Below, one piece after another: positions 1 through 9,728 of a DNA stretch of 51,382 bases. The translations under genes were made by a program, and so were the position numbers. The DNA is from Planctomycetota bacterium. Its GTDB lineage: Bacteria; Planctomycetota; Planctomycetia; Planctomycetales; Planctomycetaceae. The stretch's first letter is position 1. Each line of letters opens with the position of its first letter. Where the stretch lies: assembly GCA_963580005.1 (NCBI GenBank), contig CAUZJR010000001.1, positions 1 through 51,382 on the forward strand, read 5' to 3'. Below the pieces are notes generated by a model, which ran no database searches, had not been told where the DNA came from, and saw only the letters and a list, made by a program, of their open reading frames with translations.

Positions 1-6
1 GTCATT

Positions 7-48
7 CCTAGCGAGACGGTGGTCGGGCCTAGCGAGACGGTGGTCGGG
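7..48. repeat. Perfect 21-nt tandem duplication (cctagcgagacggtggtcggg x2) spanning the stop codon of the 29..1168 gene
   Basis: Direct reading: 7-27 and 28-48 are identical. On the minus strand each copy encodes ...RPPSR-stop. Confidence 0.9.
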
Positions 49-1168
49 AGGTCGGTTGGGACTTGCTGCCCCGTCCCGAAGCGGGACCGGCAGCCGGCGC
101 GGCCCCGGCCTGGGACTGGGACTGGGCCTGTCGGATATGCCGGATGAACTCGTCGGTGATGTCCTGGACCCGAACACCCGGATCGGGTTTGAACGCGAAG
201 GAGGCATCGGCGAGCGGCGCGTTGACCTGGACACTGCGGAATTCGAGGCTGACCATCGGCCGCAGCACGCCGCGTTTTTCGGCCCGCTTGAGATACACGA
301 TCCGGTGCGGGAACTGGGTGGCGGTGTCGATGTAGATGCGGACCCGGTCGGGTACATATTCGGGCAATTCGTCGCTGGAGTCCTGGTCGTCGTCGGTGAG
401 CGTTTCCAGGAACGTGGCGTTCCAGGTCCCTTCGATGATGGTGAACGGTCGACCCTGGAACGTCTGTTCGCGACGCTGAGTGAAGCTCATCGACTGTTCG
501 AGTGATCCGAGCAGTGCGTCGAGTCCTCCGAGTCCGAGGTCGGCTTCGAACTGGTCGGGCCGCGGTCTCGGTCCGGAGGCCGAGGCCAGCTGTTTCATTT
601 CCTTGAGAATCTTGGGCACGTTTCTGCGGGTGGCCTGCACGATCAGGCCGATCTTCTGTTGAGTGAACAGCGTGGTGCCGTCGCAGACCTGCACCAGCGA
701 ACCCTTGGTGCGTCCCACCTCGAGTTCGAACTCGAGCCTCAGCTTGTTGCCGGCTCCCTGCATGTACTTGCCGGCGGCGCGGAACTTCTTGCCGCGAACG
801 ACGATCGTCTCAACGATCTCGGCCTGAAACGGGACGAGGTCCTTGAGTTTCGCGCGGGCCTGCCGCAGAGCATCCGCAGGTCTCTGACGTTGCGTGGCCG
901 CTTTCTTGCCCTTGGCCCCAGCGGCCTTCTTCGCGGCCTTCTTCGCGGTCTTCTTCGCGGTCTTCTTCGCGGTCGGCTGCGACGTCTTCTTGACTGCCTT
1001 CCGGGTTGTCTTTTTAGCGGTCGCCTGGTCCTGGGCGGTGAGTGCGATGGGGGCGGCGACGATCAGGCAGGCGGCCAGCAGATTGGCCAGGGTCCTGAGG
1101 GATGAGCGGGCATGGGTCATGCGAGTCGTCTCGATGTAGCGATTAGAGAAGCTGCGGGGTGTGTTCAT
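29..1168 (-). CDS. Secreted protein with a Lys/Ala-rich repeat and a LolA-like (lipoprotein-sorting fold) C-terminal domain; hypothetical
   Basis: 379-aa ORF. Hydrophobic signal-like segment LANLLAACLIVAAPIALTAQ. AKKTAKKTAKKAAKKAA repeat. A ~250-aa domain (LVPFQAEIVETIVVRGKKF...RIYIDTATQFPHRIVYL...ASFAFKPDPGVRV) resembles LolA-fold proteins by eye only. The start may be Met17 (1120). Confidence 0.55.
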   Translation of the reverse strand: MNTPRSFSNRYIETTRMTHARSSLRTLANLLAACLIVAAPIALTAQDQATAKKTTRKAVKKTSQPTAKKTAKKTAKKAAKKAAGAKGKKAATQRQRPADALRQARAKLKDLVPFQAEIVETIVVRGKKFRAAGKYMQGAGNKLRLEFELEVGRTKGSLVQVCDGTTLFTQQKIGLIVQATRRNVPKILKEMKQLASASGPRPRPDQFEADLGLGGLDALLGSLEQSMSFTQRREQTFQGRPFTIIEGTWNATFLETLTDDDQDSSDELPEYVPDRVRIYIDTATQFPHRIVYLKRAEKRGVLRPMVSLEFRSVQVNAPLADASFAFKPDPGVRVQDITDEFIRHIRQAQSQSQAGAAPAAGPASGRGSKSQPTSRPPSR

Positions 1169-1383
1169 GTTGTCCGGAAAATACGGAAAATGCCAAAGAT
1201 CCGGACCTGTATTGGTCGAAACCAGAGTTGGACACAGGTCAAAAGAGGCACGGTCCGGATTCGTTCCGCGAAGCCGGGCCCTGTGATCAGGTTGACCGGT
1301 AGCCGTTTCCGATTCTGGACCATTCTAGGGACATCCCGCCGGACCCGTCGATGGGAATTCGGGCGAGTCACGAGGACTCTGCA

Positions 1384-2559
1384 ATGAAATACTACTTTCT
1401 GGCACTTGGCACTTTTCTGGTTGTTTGCGTGGGTTGCCACGTCGACGGTCGCAGTTTCGGCGACAGTGGAGATTTCCACGGTCCGCCGGCTCATTCGATG
1501 CAGCGTCCCGGACCGATGGTCGACGGACCTGGTCCGGGCGTGATGCCGGCGATGATGCAGGGGGGTGCCCCCCGAGCGTTTTCCACCCGGCGGACGCAGC
1601 TGCGATTCATCCGCCCGGTGGGGATGAAGGTTGGCTGGAAGGTGGGCGCCGTCTACGCCGACAACCAGCGGGTGATTCCGACGACCTACGACTTTGTCCA
1701 GGGCGCGACCTACCGGCTGAAGCTGACCGAGATTTCCGGCCGCGAGGGCATGACGCTTTATCCGACCATGCAGGTCTACCCGGCTCACGCCACGACCGAT
1801 GCCTACCTGGCTCACAACAGTGTCCCGCTGGAGTTGACCGACGAGGACCTGGACCAGATCCAGAGCAACAACTTCGTGACCAAGGTGATCTATCTGCCGG
1901 ATCCGCAGCACCAGGAGCTGGCGGTAGCCGGAGTCGAGATGTTGGTCTCGACTCGGCTGGACCCCGGTGTTGATCCGGTCTCCGAAGCCGATCGTCGCGG
2001 GACGATCATGGTGGTGCTGCGGGTTGGCAACATGGATCTCGAAACGGCCACCAGCGGTCTCGGTCCTGCCGGAGGTGCGGCGATGCTGATGCCTGGTGGA
2101 ATCCGGCCGGTGGCCTTCCAGGCCGCCGTGGGTCCCGATGGTGCCAAGGGCCAGTTCGTGCCGCCGACACCGATTGCGATCATGGACCAGGGAATGCCGG
2201 GCATTCCCGGGCCACAGCTGATGGGAATGCCGGGCGGACCCGGTATGCCGGGCATCAACCCCGTGGCCGGTACCGGTGGCACGCCCCAGTGGGGAATGCC
2301 CTGGACCCCGACCCCGATCGGGCTCCCCGGTCCGCCGCACCTGCCCCTGGGCGGACCTGCTGGTCTGCAGAGCTACACGGTCAAGAACAACACTCCCGTC
2401 GAGCGGCACGATCCGGTGAAGGATTTCCGGGTGGTGATCAAGCACGAGCCGGGCATCCGGACTCCCAAGCCGGTCAACGAGGTGATCTACACCGAGAAGC
2501 ACCCGACGTTTGCTCCGGGAACGCTGAGTCAACCTGCGTGGGCGGGACCCCGGCGATAG
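1384..2559 (+). CDS. Lipoprotein with an unnamed conserved domain and a Pro/Gly/Met-rich C-terminal half (paralogue of 2642..3523)
   Basis: ATG at 1384 gives [18 protein letters not shown] (lipobox-like VGC). The domain [27 protein letters not shown]...[13 protein letters not shown]...FVTKVIYL...[17 protein letters not shown] is shared with the next gene. [22 protein letters not shown] low-complexity stretch follows. Confidence 0.7.
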   Translation: MKYYFLALGTFLVVCVGCHVDGRSFGDSGDFHGPPAHSMQRPGPMVDGPGPGVMPAMMQGGAPRAFSTRRTQLRFIRPVGMKVGWKVGAVYADNQRVIPTTYDFVQGATYRLKLTEISGREGMTLYPTMQVYPAHATTDAYLAHNSVPLELTDEDLDQIQSNNFVTKVIYLPDPQHQELAVAGVEMLVSTRLDPGVDPVSEADRRGTIMVVLRVGNMDLETATSGLGPAGGAAMLMPGGIRPVAFQAAVGPDGAKGQFVPPTPIAIMDQGMPGIPGPQLMGMPGGPGMPGINPVAGTGGTPQWGMPWTPTPIGLPGPPHLPLGGPAGLQSYTVKNNTPVERHDPVKDFRVVIKHEPGIRTPKPVNEVIYTEKHPTFAPGTLSQPAWAGPRR

Positions 2560-2641
2560 GTAGCCTCTGTTCCCGACCTCCCCTGCCACTTCAACCTCCA
2601 CCCCGCGCCACTGGGACCGACCCGTCGAGACTGCATCAGCC

Positions 2642-3523
2642 ATGCTCCAGGGCTTCCTGAAGACAATCGTGATTCGCGGTGCGATGGTGGTGCTGGTGCT
2701 GCTGTTCTCGTGGACGGTGCCCACGTCGGCCCAGCCGCCCTCGGGCCAGGCGGCCTACTCGCCGCTGAGTGCTCGCATGCCGCCGGGCGTGGTCGGCAGC
2801 TGGTCGGCCCAGGCCGGCCGATCCGGATCGCCTCGGCAGATGTACTTCCAGCCGGTGGAGGTGAGGTTGGTCGAGACCGGTCCCAGCGGAGGCGGCCGCG
2901 TGACCTGGTTCGCGATGGGGCGAGGCCGCAGTGGGAGCGTCAGCGAGGCGGCTCCGCATGCCGCGGGTCTGATGGTCGGAGCCACCTACCGGGTGGGGAT
3001 CAGTGACATGCCCGAGTTTCCCGGCGTGACGGTTTATCCGACGATCGAGGTCATCGATCGCCTGCATCCGCCCCTGGGGCGACGCTACGAGTTCCCGATC
3101 CCGGTCGAGTTGACCGGTGAGGACATCCGGCTGGCTCTGCAGGGCAAGCTGGTGACTCGCGTGGTGTTTCTCGAGGAGCCCAGGCTCGCCGCGGGCAACG
3201 AGCAGACTCGACCCATGATGGTCCACGACCTCAACCCTCGTGCCAACGCATTGTCCGAGGCCGACCGGGTGGGTCGCCCGATGATCATCCTGAGACTGGG
3301 AAGCCGGACGGCTCCCATCGAGGGGTCTCCCGAATCAGTCAACTTCTTCAACATGGGCCGACAGCCGATCGAGCTTACGCGGCCGGCTATTTCGAAGGCC
3401 GTGTCACGAATCGGGACTCGGAGTCAACGCGGGGCTCTGCGGATCTCGGGCACGGCCAGCGGTACGGTCAGGATCCGTTCAACCGGCCGCCCGATGCTGC
3501 AGGTGGCGGGAGGTGCCCGGTGA
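2642..3523 (+). CDS. Secreted protein, tandem paralogue of 1384..2559 (same unnamed domain)
   Basis: The ATG ORF has a signal-like N-terminus (VVLVLLFSWTVPTSAQ). GATYRVGISDMPEFPGVTVYPTIEVI...IPVELTGEDIRLAL...LVTRVVFL...SEADRVGRPMIILRLGS aligns colinearly with the preceding protein. Confidence 0.7.
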   Translation: MLQGFLKTIVIRGAMVVLVLLFSWTVPTSAQPPSGQAAYSPLSARMPPGVVGSWSAQAGRSGSPRQMYFQPVEVRLVETGPSGGGRVTWFAMGRGRSGSVSEAAPHAAGLMVGATYRVGISDMPEFPGVTVYPTIEVIDRLHPPLGRRYEFPIPVELTGEDIRLALQGKLVTRVVFLEEPRLAAGNEQTRPMMVHDLNPRANALSEADRVGRPMIILRLGSRTAPIEGSPESVNFFNMGRQPIELTRPAISKAVSRIGTRSQRGALRISGTASGTVRIRSTGRPMLQVAGGAR

Positions 3524-4794
3524 GACTGCCGGTTGCTGCTTTTTGTCATCCCGAGCGAAGCGAGGGATCTCATCGGCGTGGACTGAAGTTACTGAGCATA
3601 CTCGTGCCGCTGGTTGCCTGCGGATGCGCCTCGGTCCCGTTCAACACCCAGTCGCCGGCGGTCGAAGAGACATTGTCGGCAGGCGAGTTCAGCACAGGGT
3701 CGGAGACAGGCACAGTTCGCATAGCAGCCACCTCGGTCGCGGCGGCGGCTGCACGGATCCGGCCGGTCCACTTGCCTGCGCTGCCGCGACAGCAGCAGGT
3801 CGATCCGGCCGGGCCGGGTGGTCCGGATCCGGCCGTGGTCGAGGAATTCCCCGACGAGTTCGTGATTGACGGAGGCGACCGGGGGAACCCGGTGCACTAC
3901 CAGTCGTACCTACGGTACGGGGTTGAGACCGAGGACACGATTGCCGAGTACACCGATGATGAGGGCAACAATCACATTCTGCCGAGCAACCGCGTGGCGT
4001 TGTATGCTCCGAGATTTGCGGCGGTGAGGACCGTGCAGTTGCCTGTTGCGGGGTTTGGGATCGAGCGGATGGCGGCATCGCATCGGCTGTCGCGCGAGAT
4101 CCGTGTGACGACTCGCGAGAGCCCCCAGCAGCACAAGCAACAGGAAGGTGCGGTGGGTGCGAGGGTGCGGTCGCGGGCCAGCGGGTTGTTGGTCGACGCG
4201 GGTTCGGCCGGAGTGTCGCGGCTGTTGCACAGCGGTGAGCACGTGAAGTTGATCAACGTCTTTGGCGACACAGGCGACCTGGTGGCCGGGCGGATGGACC
4301 ATGCCGACATGGCCCGCTTGGCCCGGTCCCTGGAGAACGCCGCGGCGTGGGCCGGTGACGAGTCGCCCAGGGCCACCGCATCGACGGCGGCCGGGCAGTC
4401 GGTCCAGTCGACGCCCTGGGTCAATTCCTACAGCGGTGTGGAAGTCAAGCACAAGGAGATCGGGGAGTTGAAGATCGTCAAGCTGGCCGATCGCGATTCG
4501 GCCCGGTCTGACGACGTGGTACTGTTCACCCTGAGATTCGACAACGTGGGCGAGCGGCCGCTGTCACAAGTCCGCATCATCGACAATCTCTCGCCCCGGC
4601 TCGACTACATCGAGGACAGTGCCACGCTGGGGTTCACCGACGAGGACGAGAAGACTCCTGCGGACAAGGCCCGCGGGGGCCGGATCACCGTCGACGACAA
4701 CGAGCAGGGCAGCATGGTGCTGGTCTTCGAGTTGGACGAGCCGTTGCCCGGTGGAGTGGGTGGCGTGATTACCTTCAAGGCACGAGTTCGCTAG
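3520..4794 (+). CDS. Lipoprotein with a C-terminal DUF11-like (conserved repeat / Ig-like) domain
   Basis: The GTG start overlaps the upstream stop (GTGA at 3520-3523). Lipobox-like LLSILVPLVACGC. The C-terminus ELKIVKLADRD...VVLFTLRFDNVGERPLSQVRIIDNLSPRLDYIEDSAT...GGVITFKARV matches the DUF11 pattern by eye. The exact start is uncertain. Confidence 0.6.
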   Translation: MRLPVAAFCHPERSEGSHRRGLKLLSILVPLVACGCASVPFNTQSPAVEETLSAGEFSTGSETGTVRIAATSVAAAAARIRPVHLPALPRQQQVDPAGPGGPDPAVVEEFPDEFVIDGGDRGNPVHYQSYLRYGVETEDTIAEYTDDEGNNHILPSNRVALYAPRFAAVRTVQLPVAGFGIERMAASHRLSREIRVTTRESPQQHKQQEGAVGARVRSRASGLLVDAGSAGVSRLLHSGEHVKLINVFGDTGDLVAGRMDHADMARLARSLENAAAWAGDESPRATASTAAGQSVQSTPWVNSYSGVEVKHKEIGELKIVKLADRDSARSDDVVLFTLRFDNVGERPLSQVRIIDNLSPRLDYIEDSATLGFTDEDEKTPADKARGGRITVDDNEQGSMVLVFELDEPLPGGVGGVITFKARVR

Positions 4795-4865
4795 GGCCCG
4801 CCTCCAGGCCGCCCCAGCCCAGCCCGGCCTTGCCTTCCTCGACCGATTCGCCTGCAATCGGCGGC

Positions 4866-5993
4866 ATGTTCCAGGTCTGTGACGCCACCTCCGTCGGACT
4901 CGATCCTCGCCGCTGGGAGACTGTCTCCCGATTGGCCGAGACATTGTGTGCCTCCCAGGCGGTGCCCTCGATCGGGATCTTCGTCGCCCGCGGAGATCGC
5001 ACCACCGGGACGATGCTGTTTGGCCGTCAACGACTCGATGACGAGTCTCACCGCACGATCCGGGATGACGCGATCTTCCTGATCGCCTCGATCACCAAGC
5101 CGATCGTGGCGATGTCGGCGATGCTCCTGGTTGAGAGTGGGGAAGTGCGTCTCGATGATCGGGTCAGCCGCTACCTGCCGGAATTCGCCAGCCAGGGCAA
5201 GAACGGGATCCGCATCCGGCACCTGATGACTCACACCTCGGGGTTGCCCGACATGTTGCCGGAGAACCGGGAGTTGCGAGAGGCGGGTGCGGGGCTGGAG
5301 GAGTTCGTGGCTGGGACCTGTGCGATCGAGCCGGACTTCAAGCCGGGCCACCGCGTGCAGTACCAGAGCATGGGGTTCGGAGTCCTCGGCGAGTTGATCT
5401 CACGGGTGACCGGTCAACCGTGCGCCGAGTGGCTCAACGCCCGGGTGCTGACACCCCTGGGTCTCGAGTCGACTCGACTGGGGGCTCCTGATGACTGGTT
5501 CGACGGGGACGCTCGGGTCGTGGATCGGATCGCCGAAATTCGGACCCCTTCCGAGCAGCAGGGGGTCGACTGGAACTGGAACCAGCGTTACTGGCGTCAA
5601 CTGGGGTCACCGTGGGGAGGCCTGTTGACGACTCCGCGTGAGTTGGCGGTGATCGGCCGCATGCTGCTCGAGGAGGGTCGCGGCGTGCTGTCTCCGGCGA
5701 CGGTAGCTGCGGCGACTCGGAACCAGCTGGTGGCGATGCCCGATGTGCCCGAGTCGGACCGGAGGTGCAAGCCGTGGGGGTTGGGCTGGCGCTTGAACTG
5801 GCCGGCGACCAGTGCGAACTTCGGAGACCTGCTGGGTCCGGAGACCTACGGTCACTGGGGGGCGACCGGGACGCTGATGTGGATCGATCCCGAGCGGGAC
5901 ACGGTGTGCGTGATCTTGACGACCGAGCCGCAGGAGCCTCATGGTCGGGAGATCGCGAGGTTGTCCAATGCGATTGCGGCGTCGTTGGTCTAG
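4866..5993 (+). CDS. Serine hydrolase, beta-lactamase/PBP4*-like family
   Basis: S-x-x-K motif in FLIASITKPIVAMSAMLLVESG. The later YQSMGFGVLGELI and HWGATGTLMWIDP segments are typical of class-C beta-lactamase-fold esterases. The ORF is open from 4830 (TTG); the first ATG is at 4866. Confidence 0.75.
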   Translation: MFQVCDATSVGLDPRRWETVSRLAETLCASQAVPSIGIFVARGDRTTGTMLFGRQRLDDESHRTIRDDAIFLIASITKPIVAMSAMLLVESGEVRLDDRVSRYLPEFASQGKNGIRIRHLMTHTSGLPDMLPENRELREAGAGLEEFVAGTCAIEPDFKPGHRVQYQSMGFGVLGELISRVTGQPCAEWLNARVLTPLGLESTRLGAPDDWFDGDARVVDRIAEIRTPSEQQGVDWNWNQRYWRQLGSPWGGLLTTPRELAVIGRMLLEEGRGVLSPATVAAATRNQLVAMPDVPESDRRCKPWGLGWRLNWPATSANFGDLLGPETYGHWGATGTLMWIDPERDTVCVILTTEPQEPHGREIARLSNAIAASLV

Positions 5994-6059
5994 AGCGGCC
6001 GGGGGTCTTCTTGAAGGCATCGCCGGCATTGCTATACTGTCCCTCGCCAAACGGTTTCT

Positions 6060-6145
6060 GCGCAAGTGGCGGAATTGGCAGACGCGCCAGGTTGAGGGCC
6101 TGGTGGGCCTAACGGCCCGTGGAGGTTCGAGTCCTCTCTTGCGCA
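6060..6145 (+). tRNA. tRNA-Leu (anticodon GAG), long variable arm
   Basis: Acceptor stem GCGCAAG/CTTGCGC plus discriminator A. Anticodon stem CCAGG/CCTGG with loop TTGAGGG (GAG). Long variable arm TGGGCCTAACGGCCCGT. T-loop GGTTCGAGTCC. Confidence 0.9.
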
Positions 6146-6201
6146 CTTCAACTTAGCTCAAGACCAGGACCGCCGACCGCTGTCCGGGGGTCTTCTGTTG
6201 G

Positions 6202-7692
6202 CTAGTCGGACAACTCGTACGGGTCGCCCAGCCGTTTCATTTCCCGCCTCAGCAGTTCCTCGAGTTCCTTCCGCTTGGCGGCGTGGCGGGGGTCGTCGGC
6301 GAGGTTGACCTGCTCGGGCTTCGGCTTGTGGTCCAGCAGTCCGGCGACCGCATCGGCATGGTGCTCGACCAGGAATTCACGCGGGTTGGCCTTGAGATCG
6401 AACAGTTGGGTGCGGCGGACCTTGCCGTCGAGCACGTCGTACTTGATCAGCTTGAACTGACCCGTCTTGATCGCCCGCATCCCCGGCTTGGTGCCTCCGG
6501 TGTAGGCCCCGTACAACGAAGTCCTCACCGCCTGCTTCTTCCCCTCGAGCACCTCTCTGAAGCTCCGACCCTCGACCGTCTCGGGCGGCGTGATCCCGGC
6601 CAGGTCGCAGAAGGTGCGAAGCACATCGAGCAGGTAGATGTAGCCCGAGGCCCGGGACCCGGGCTTGATGCCGGGGCCGGTCACGATGAAGGGGACCTTC
6701 CAGGTGTGTTCGTAGAGGTTCTGCTTGCCGGTCAATCCGTGTCGTCCCACGGCGATGCCGTGATCGGAAGTAAAGACCACGTAGGTATTCTCGAGTTCCC
6801 CGATCGCCTCGAGCCGCTTGATCACTCGCCCGACCTGGTTGTCGATGTTCTCGATGCAGGCGTATTCGCGACCCAGTTCATTTCGGATCGTGGCCGGGTC
6901 GCGTCGTTTGAGCACGCCCTGCACCTTGACCTCGTCCCTGAGTCCGGGATGTCCGTGGTGGAAGGGGTGCGCCGGCAGGTAGTTGACCGGCAGCGGAGGC
7001 GACTTGGGGTTGACTGTTTTGCCGGGCCCGCGGTTGCTGGCTCCGTACTTGCGTGCGAGGTCTTCGGGGGCGTTCCTGGGGTCGTGCGGGTGCGAGAAGC
7101 CCATGTAGACCAGGAAGGGTTTCTTACCGAGTTCGTCGGCCTGGCTGCGTCTGTCGAGGAATTCGACGACCCGGTCGCCGTGCCATCGGCTGCCGGTCAT
7201 CGCGCCTCCGCCTCGCCGCGTGGCGTCGTGGTGTTCGGTGAACAGCTGGTTGGCTTCGCGGAAGCTGTTGCCCTGCTTGCAGGTTCGAAAGGTGGCATAG
7301 CCGGCGCGGTTGAAGATCGCCGGCATACTCTGGCGAGCCGCCTGTTGACGCAACGCGCGGTTGCGGGTCAGGCCCGGTCCTCGGGCTCCGGGGATCCGCC
7401 AGACGGTGCGGCCGGTCATGATCATCGTCCGCGAGGCGGTGCAGACGGCTCCCGACCAGGCTCCCATGTGGTGGGCGTCATCGAGCACGATGCCTCGGCG
7501 GGCGAGGCGGTCGATGTGAGGCGTCTGGCAGACGGTGTTGCCGTAGCACGAGAGGGTTTCCGGCGACTGGTCGTCGGTGATGATGAACAGGAAGTTGGGC
7601 CGCCTGGCGGCCAGGGCCACGTGCGAGGTCGACGGGGCCAGGCTGAGTGCGGCGATGAGCAGTGTGAGTGTCGAGCGGGATGGAGAGCGCAT
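6202..7692 (-). CDS. Sulfatase (formylglycine-dependent, arylsulfatase A family), secreted
   Basis: Signal peptide. PNFLFIITDDQSPE metal-binding motif. CTASRTMIMTGR (C-x-A-x-R formylglycine motif). FTSDHG motif. Confidence 0.9.
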   Translation of the reverse strand: MRSPSRSTLTLLIAALSLAPSTSHVALAARRPNFLFIITDDQSPETLSCYGNTVCQTPHIDRLARRGIVLDDAHHMGAWSGAVCTASRTMIMTGRTVWRIPGARGPGLTRNRALRQQAARQSMPAIFNRAGYATFRTCKQGNSFREANQLFTEHHDATRRGGGAMTGSRWHGDRVVEFLDRRSQADELGKKPFLVYMGFSHPHDPRNAPEDLARKYGASNRGPGKTVNPKSPPLPVNYLPAHPFHHGHPGLRDEVKVQGVLKRRDPATIRNELGREYACIENIDNQVGRVIKRLEAIGELENTYVVFTSDHGIAVGRHGLTGKQNLYEHTWKVPFIVTGPGIKPGSRASGYIYLLDVLRTFCDLAGITPPETVEGRSFREVLEGKKQAVRTSLYGAYTGGTKPGMRAIKTGQFKLIKYDVLDGKVRRTQLFDLKANPREFLVEHHADAVAGLLDHKPKPEQVNLADDPRHAAKRKELEELLRREMKRLGDPYELSD

Positions 7693-7882
7693 TGAGGGAG
7701 CCTCGCGAGTCGTCTCGGATGCAGGGACTTTGAGATGTGTGAAGGAGAATCACGTATCGGGGACTCGGGGTCAACCGGCCCGTTGGCGGCGTCAGAATCC
7801 AGACGCTATTGTTGCTCGTTGACCCTCGGCTGCTCAATCGCCCCGCCCCGCCCCCCCCGATCCCTTTCAAACGCCTGCCGCC

Positions 7883-8698
7883 ATGCGACGCCGGATTCCG
7901 TTGTTCAACACCGACTCGGAGCGTGAGGGTCTGCGTCGGGCGTCCCGGTTCAACGCCGAACTGCTCGACCACCTGCGGCCGCACGTCGTGGCCGGCACGA
8001 CGACGGCGGAAATCGATCGGCTGGCCTACGCCTACACGCTGCAACACGGTCACACTCCCGCCTGCCTCGGCTATCCCGGCGACCTGGTGCCTTATCCCAA
8101 GAGCATCTGCACGAGTGTCAACGAGGTGGTCTGCCACGGCATCCCCGATGAGCGGCCCCTGGCACCCGGCGACATCGTCAACGTCGACCTGACGACGATT
8201 GTCGACGGCTGGTTCGGTGACCAGAGCGAGATGTTCTTGATCGGCGAGGCCGACGAGATCAGCGACGAGGCCCGGCATGTGGTGCAGGTCGCTTTCGACA
8301 GCCTGTACCTGGGCATCCGGGCGATCGAGCCGGGCGGTCCGGTCGATGCGATCAGCCGTGCGATCTACGACTTTGCCCGCGGCGAGGGAATGGACGTGGT
8401 CCGCGAGTACCAGGGGCACGGGATCGGTCGCCGGTTCCACCAGGAGCCGGGGATCTCGCACGTGCCCTCGCAGCCACCCAACCGCACGCCGATCCATCCG
8501 GGGACCTGCTTCACGATCGAGCCGATGATCAACACCGGTACGTGGCACACGAATCGAGTGGAAAGCGATGGCTGGACCGTCCGCACCCGTGACGGAGGTC
8601 TCTCGGCCCAGTGGGAACACACGGTGTTGATGACCGAGGAGGGGCCCGAGATCCTGACTCTGACCCAGAACGGCCCCCAGGAAGGCCAGCACATCTAA
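7883..8698 (+). CDS. map: Methionine aminopeptidase, type I
   Basis: [58 protein letters not shown] and [17 protein letters not shown] are hallmark MetAP-I segments. Confidence 0.92.
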   Translation: MRRRIPLFNTDSEREGLRRASRFNAELLDHLRPHVVAGTTTAEIDRLAYAYTLQHGHTPACLGYPGDLVPYPKSICTSVNEVVCHGIPDERPLAPGDIVNVDLTTIVDGWFGDQSEMFLIGEADEISDEARHVVQVAFDSLYLGIRAIEPGGPVDAISRAIYDFARGEGMDVVREYQGHGIGRRFHQEPGISHVPSQPPNRTPIHPGTCFTIEPMINTGTWHTNRVESDGWTVRTRDGGLSAQWEHTVLMTEEGPEILTLTQNGPQEGQHI

Positions 8699-8893
8699 TT
8701 GTCTTGTCATCAGGGACAGGCTCAGCCCCCCGTCCACCCCCACCCCACTCCACCCCTCCCCCTCTCTCCCCAGAAAACCGATCTTGTCACATCAACCCGG
8801 TGGCAGGTACACACGGCTCGGACTGTGCGATTCTGGCGGTGTTCTGCGGACCGCACCGATCCGTCCTCATCCTGTACTCCCGCACCCGGATCG

Positions 8894-9709
8894 ATGCCCG
8901 CATCGGCTCCCGACCTCGCGACTCGATCACTGGCCGCTCGGATCGACGGTCCGGTGGTGTTGATCGGCGACGTGCACGGTCAGCTCGATTTACTGGACCG
9001 GTTACTGGATCGGTTGTCACGTCGAGCGGACTTCGCTGACCGCTGGATCGTGTTCCTGGGCGACCTGGTCGACCGTGGTCCTGATCCTCGAGGCGTGCTC
9101 GAGCGGGTGCTCGAGTTGATGGCCTCACATCCGCGTACGACCTCGGTCTGCGGCAATCACGACCTGGCGATGGCCGGTTCCCTTGAGCTGGTTCCGGTGC
9201 CGGCCGAGGCCCAGTGGGCCAGGCGGTGGCGGCGTGGGTACCAGTGCGAGACGACGTTTCGGTCTTACGGCGTGGAGCCGTTTGATTTCGAGTCGTTGGC
9301 CAGGGCGGTGCCTGAAGATCACGCGAGGCTGTTGTCGGCGTTGCCGTGGGTGGTTGAGCATCCCGGTGTGATCTGCGTGCACGCGGGTCTGACTCGCGAG
9401 TTGCCCACGTCGACGCAGTTGAAGATCCTCCGCGAACGCGACTTCACTCTGCACCGGCCTGCGTGGCTGTGTCGGCAGGACCTGGACCAGAGTGTTGCGC
9501 CGGCGGACTGTCGCGTTCCGGTGGCTTCGGGTCATGTTGCGAGACCGAAGCCGTACGTCGATTCGACTCGCATCCTGCTCGATTGCACCGGTGGTGAGGG
9601 TGGCGAGCTGACCGGGTTGTTGTTGCCCGAGTACGAGCTGGTGACATCGCATCGCGATGCGTATCCGGTCCGCCGTCGCTGGTGGCCGTTCGGCCGACGG
9701 GCTGCTTAG
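8894..9709 (+). CDS. Metallophosphoesterase (PPP-family Ser/Thr phosphatase / ApaH-like)
   Basis: LIGDVHGQ, FLGDLVDRGPD and GNHD motifs in the canonical order. The ORF is open from 8699. The first 65 codons are a Pro/His/Thr-rich translation of a poly-C tract, so the ATG at 8894 is preferred. Confidence 0.75.
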   Translation: MPASAPDLATRSLAARIDGPVVLIGDVHGQLDLLDRLLDRLSRRADFADRWIVFLGDLVDRGPDPRGVLERVLELMASHPRTTSVCGNHDLAMAGSLELVPVPAEAQWARRWRRGYQCETTFRSYGVEPFDFESLARAVPEDHARLLSALPWVVEHPGVICVHAGLTRELPTSTQLKILRERDFTLHRPAWLCRQDLDQSVAPADCRVPVASGHVARPKPYVDSTRILLDCTGGEGGELTGLLLPEYELVTSHRDAYPVRRRWWPFGRRAA

Positions 9710-9728
9710 TGCGCCGCGTCAGTCCCGG

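Noticed and set aside
921-968. 12-nt repeat gcgg(c/t)cttcttc x4 encoding AKK(A/T) repeats, as a possible histone-H1-like DNA-binding tail.
   Set aside because: The protein has an export signal and a LolA-like domain, so a nucleoid role is unlikely. It is recorded only as another slippage-prone in-frame repeat.
3545-3571. gtcatcccgagcgaagcgagggatctc (translated CHPERSEGS) resembles a short dispersed repeat I believe I have seen in many bacterial genomes. The window start (gtcattcctagcga...) is vaguely similar.
   Set aside because: There is only one clear copy in the window and it is not convincingly palindromic. It lies inside or at the start of a CDS. I cannot verify the family without a genome-wide search.
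6146-6201. Genomic-island integration at the tRNA-Leu 3' end.
   Set aside because: There is no integrase, no direct repeat of the tRNA 3' end further along the window, and no compositional shift. The flanking genes are ordinary for this lineage.
8699-8893. N-terminal extensions of ORFs in the six-frame track: 8699 for the phosphatase, 31841 for the pentapeptide protein, 41113..42009 for the second pentapeptide protein, 15400 for the aminotransferase and 14758..14853 for the deacylase.
   Set aside because: The extensions translate poly-C tracts, tandem repeats or Arg/Pro-rich sequence. They would overlap divergent neighbours. Internal ATGs give normal signal/TM or domain starts.
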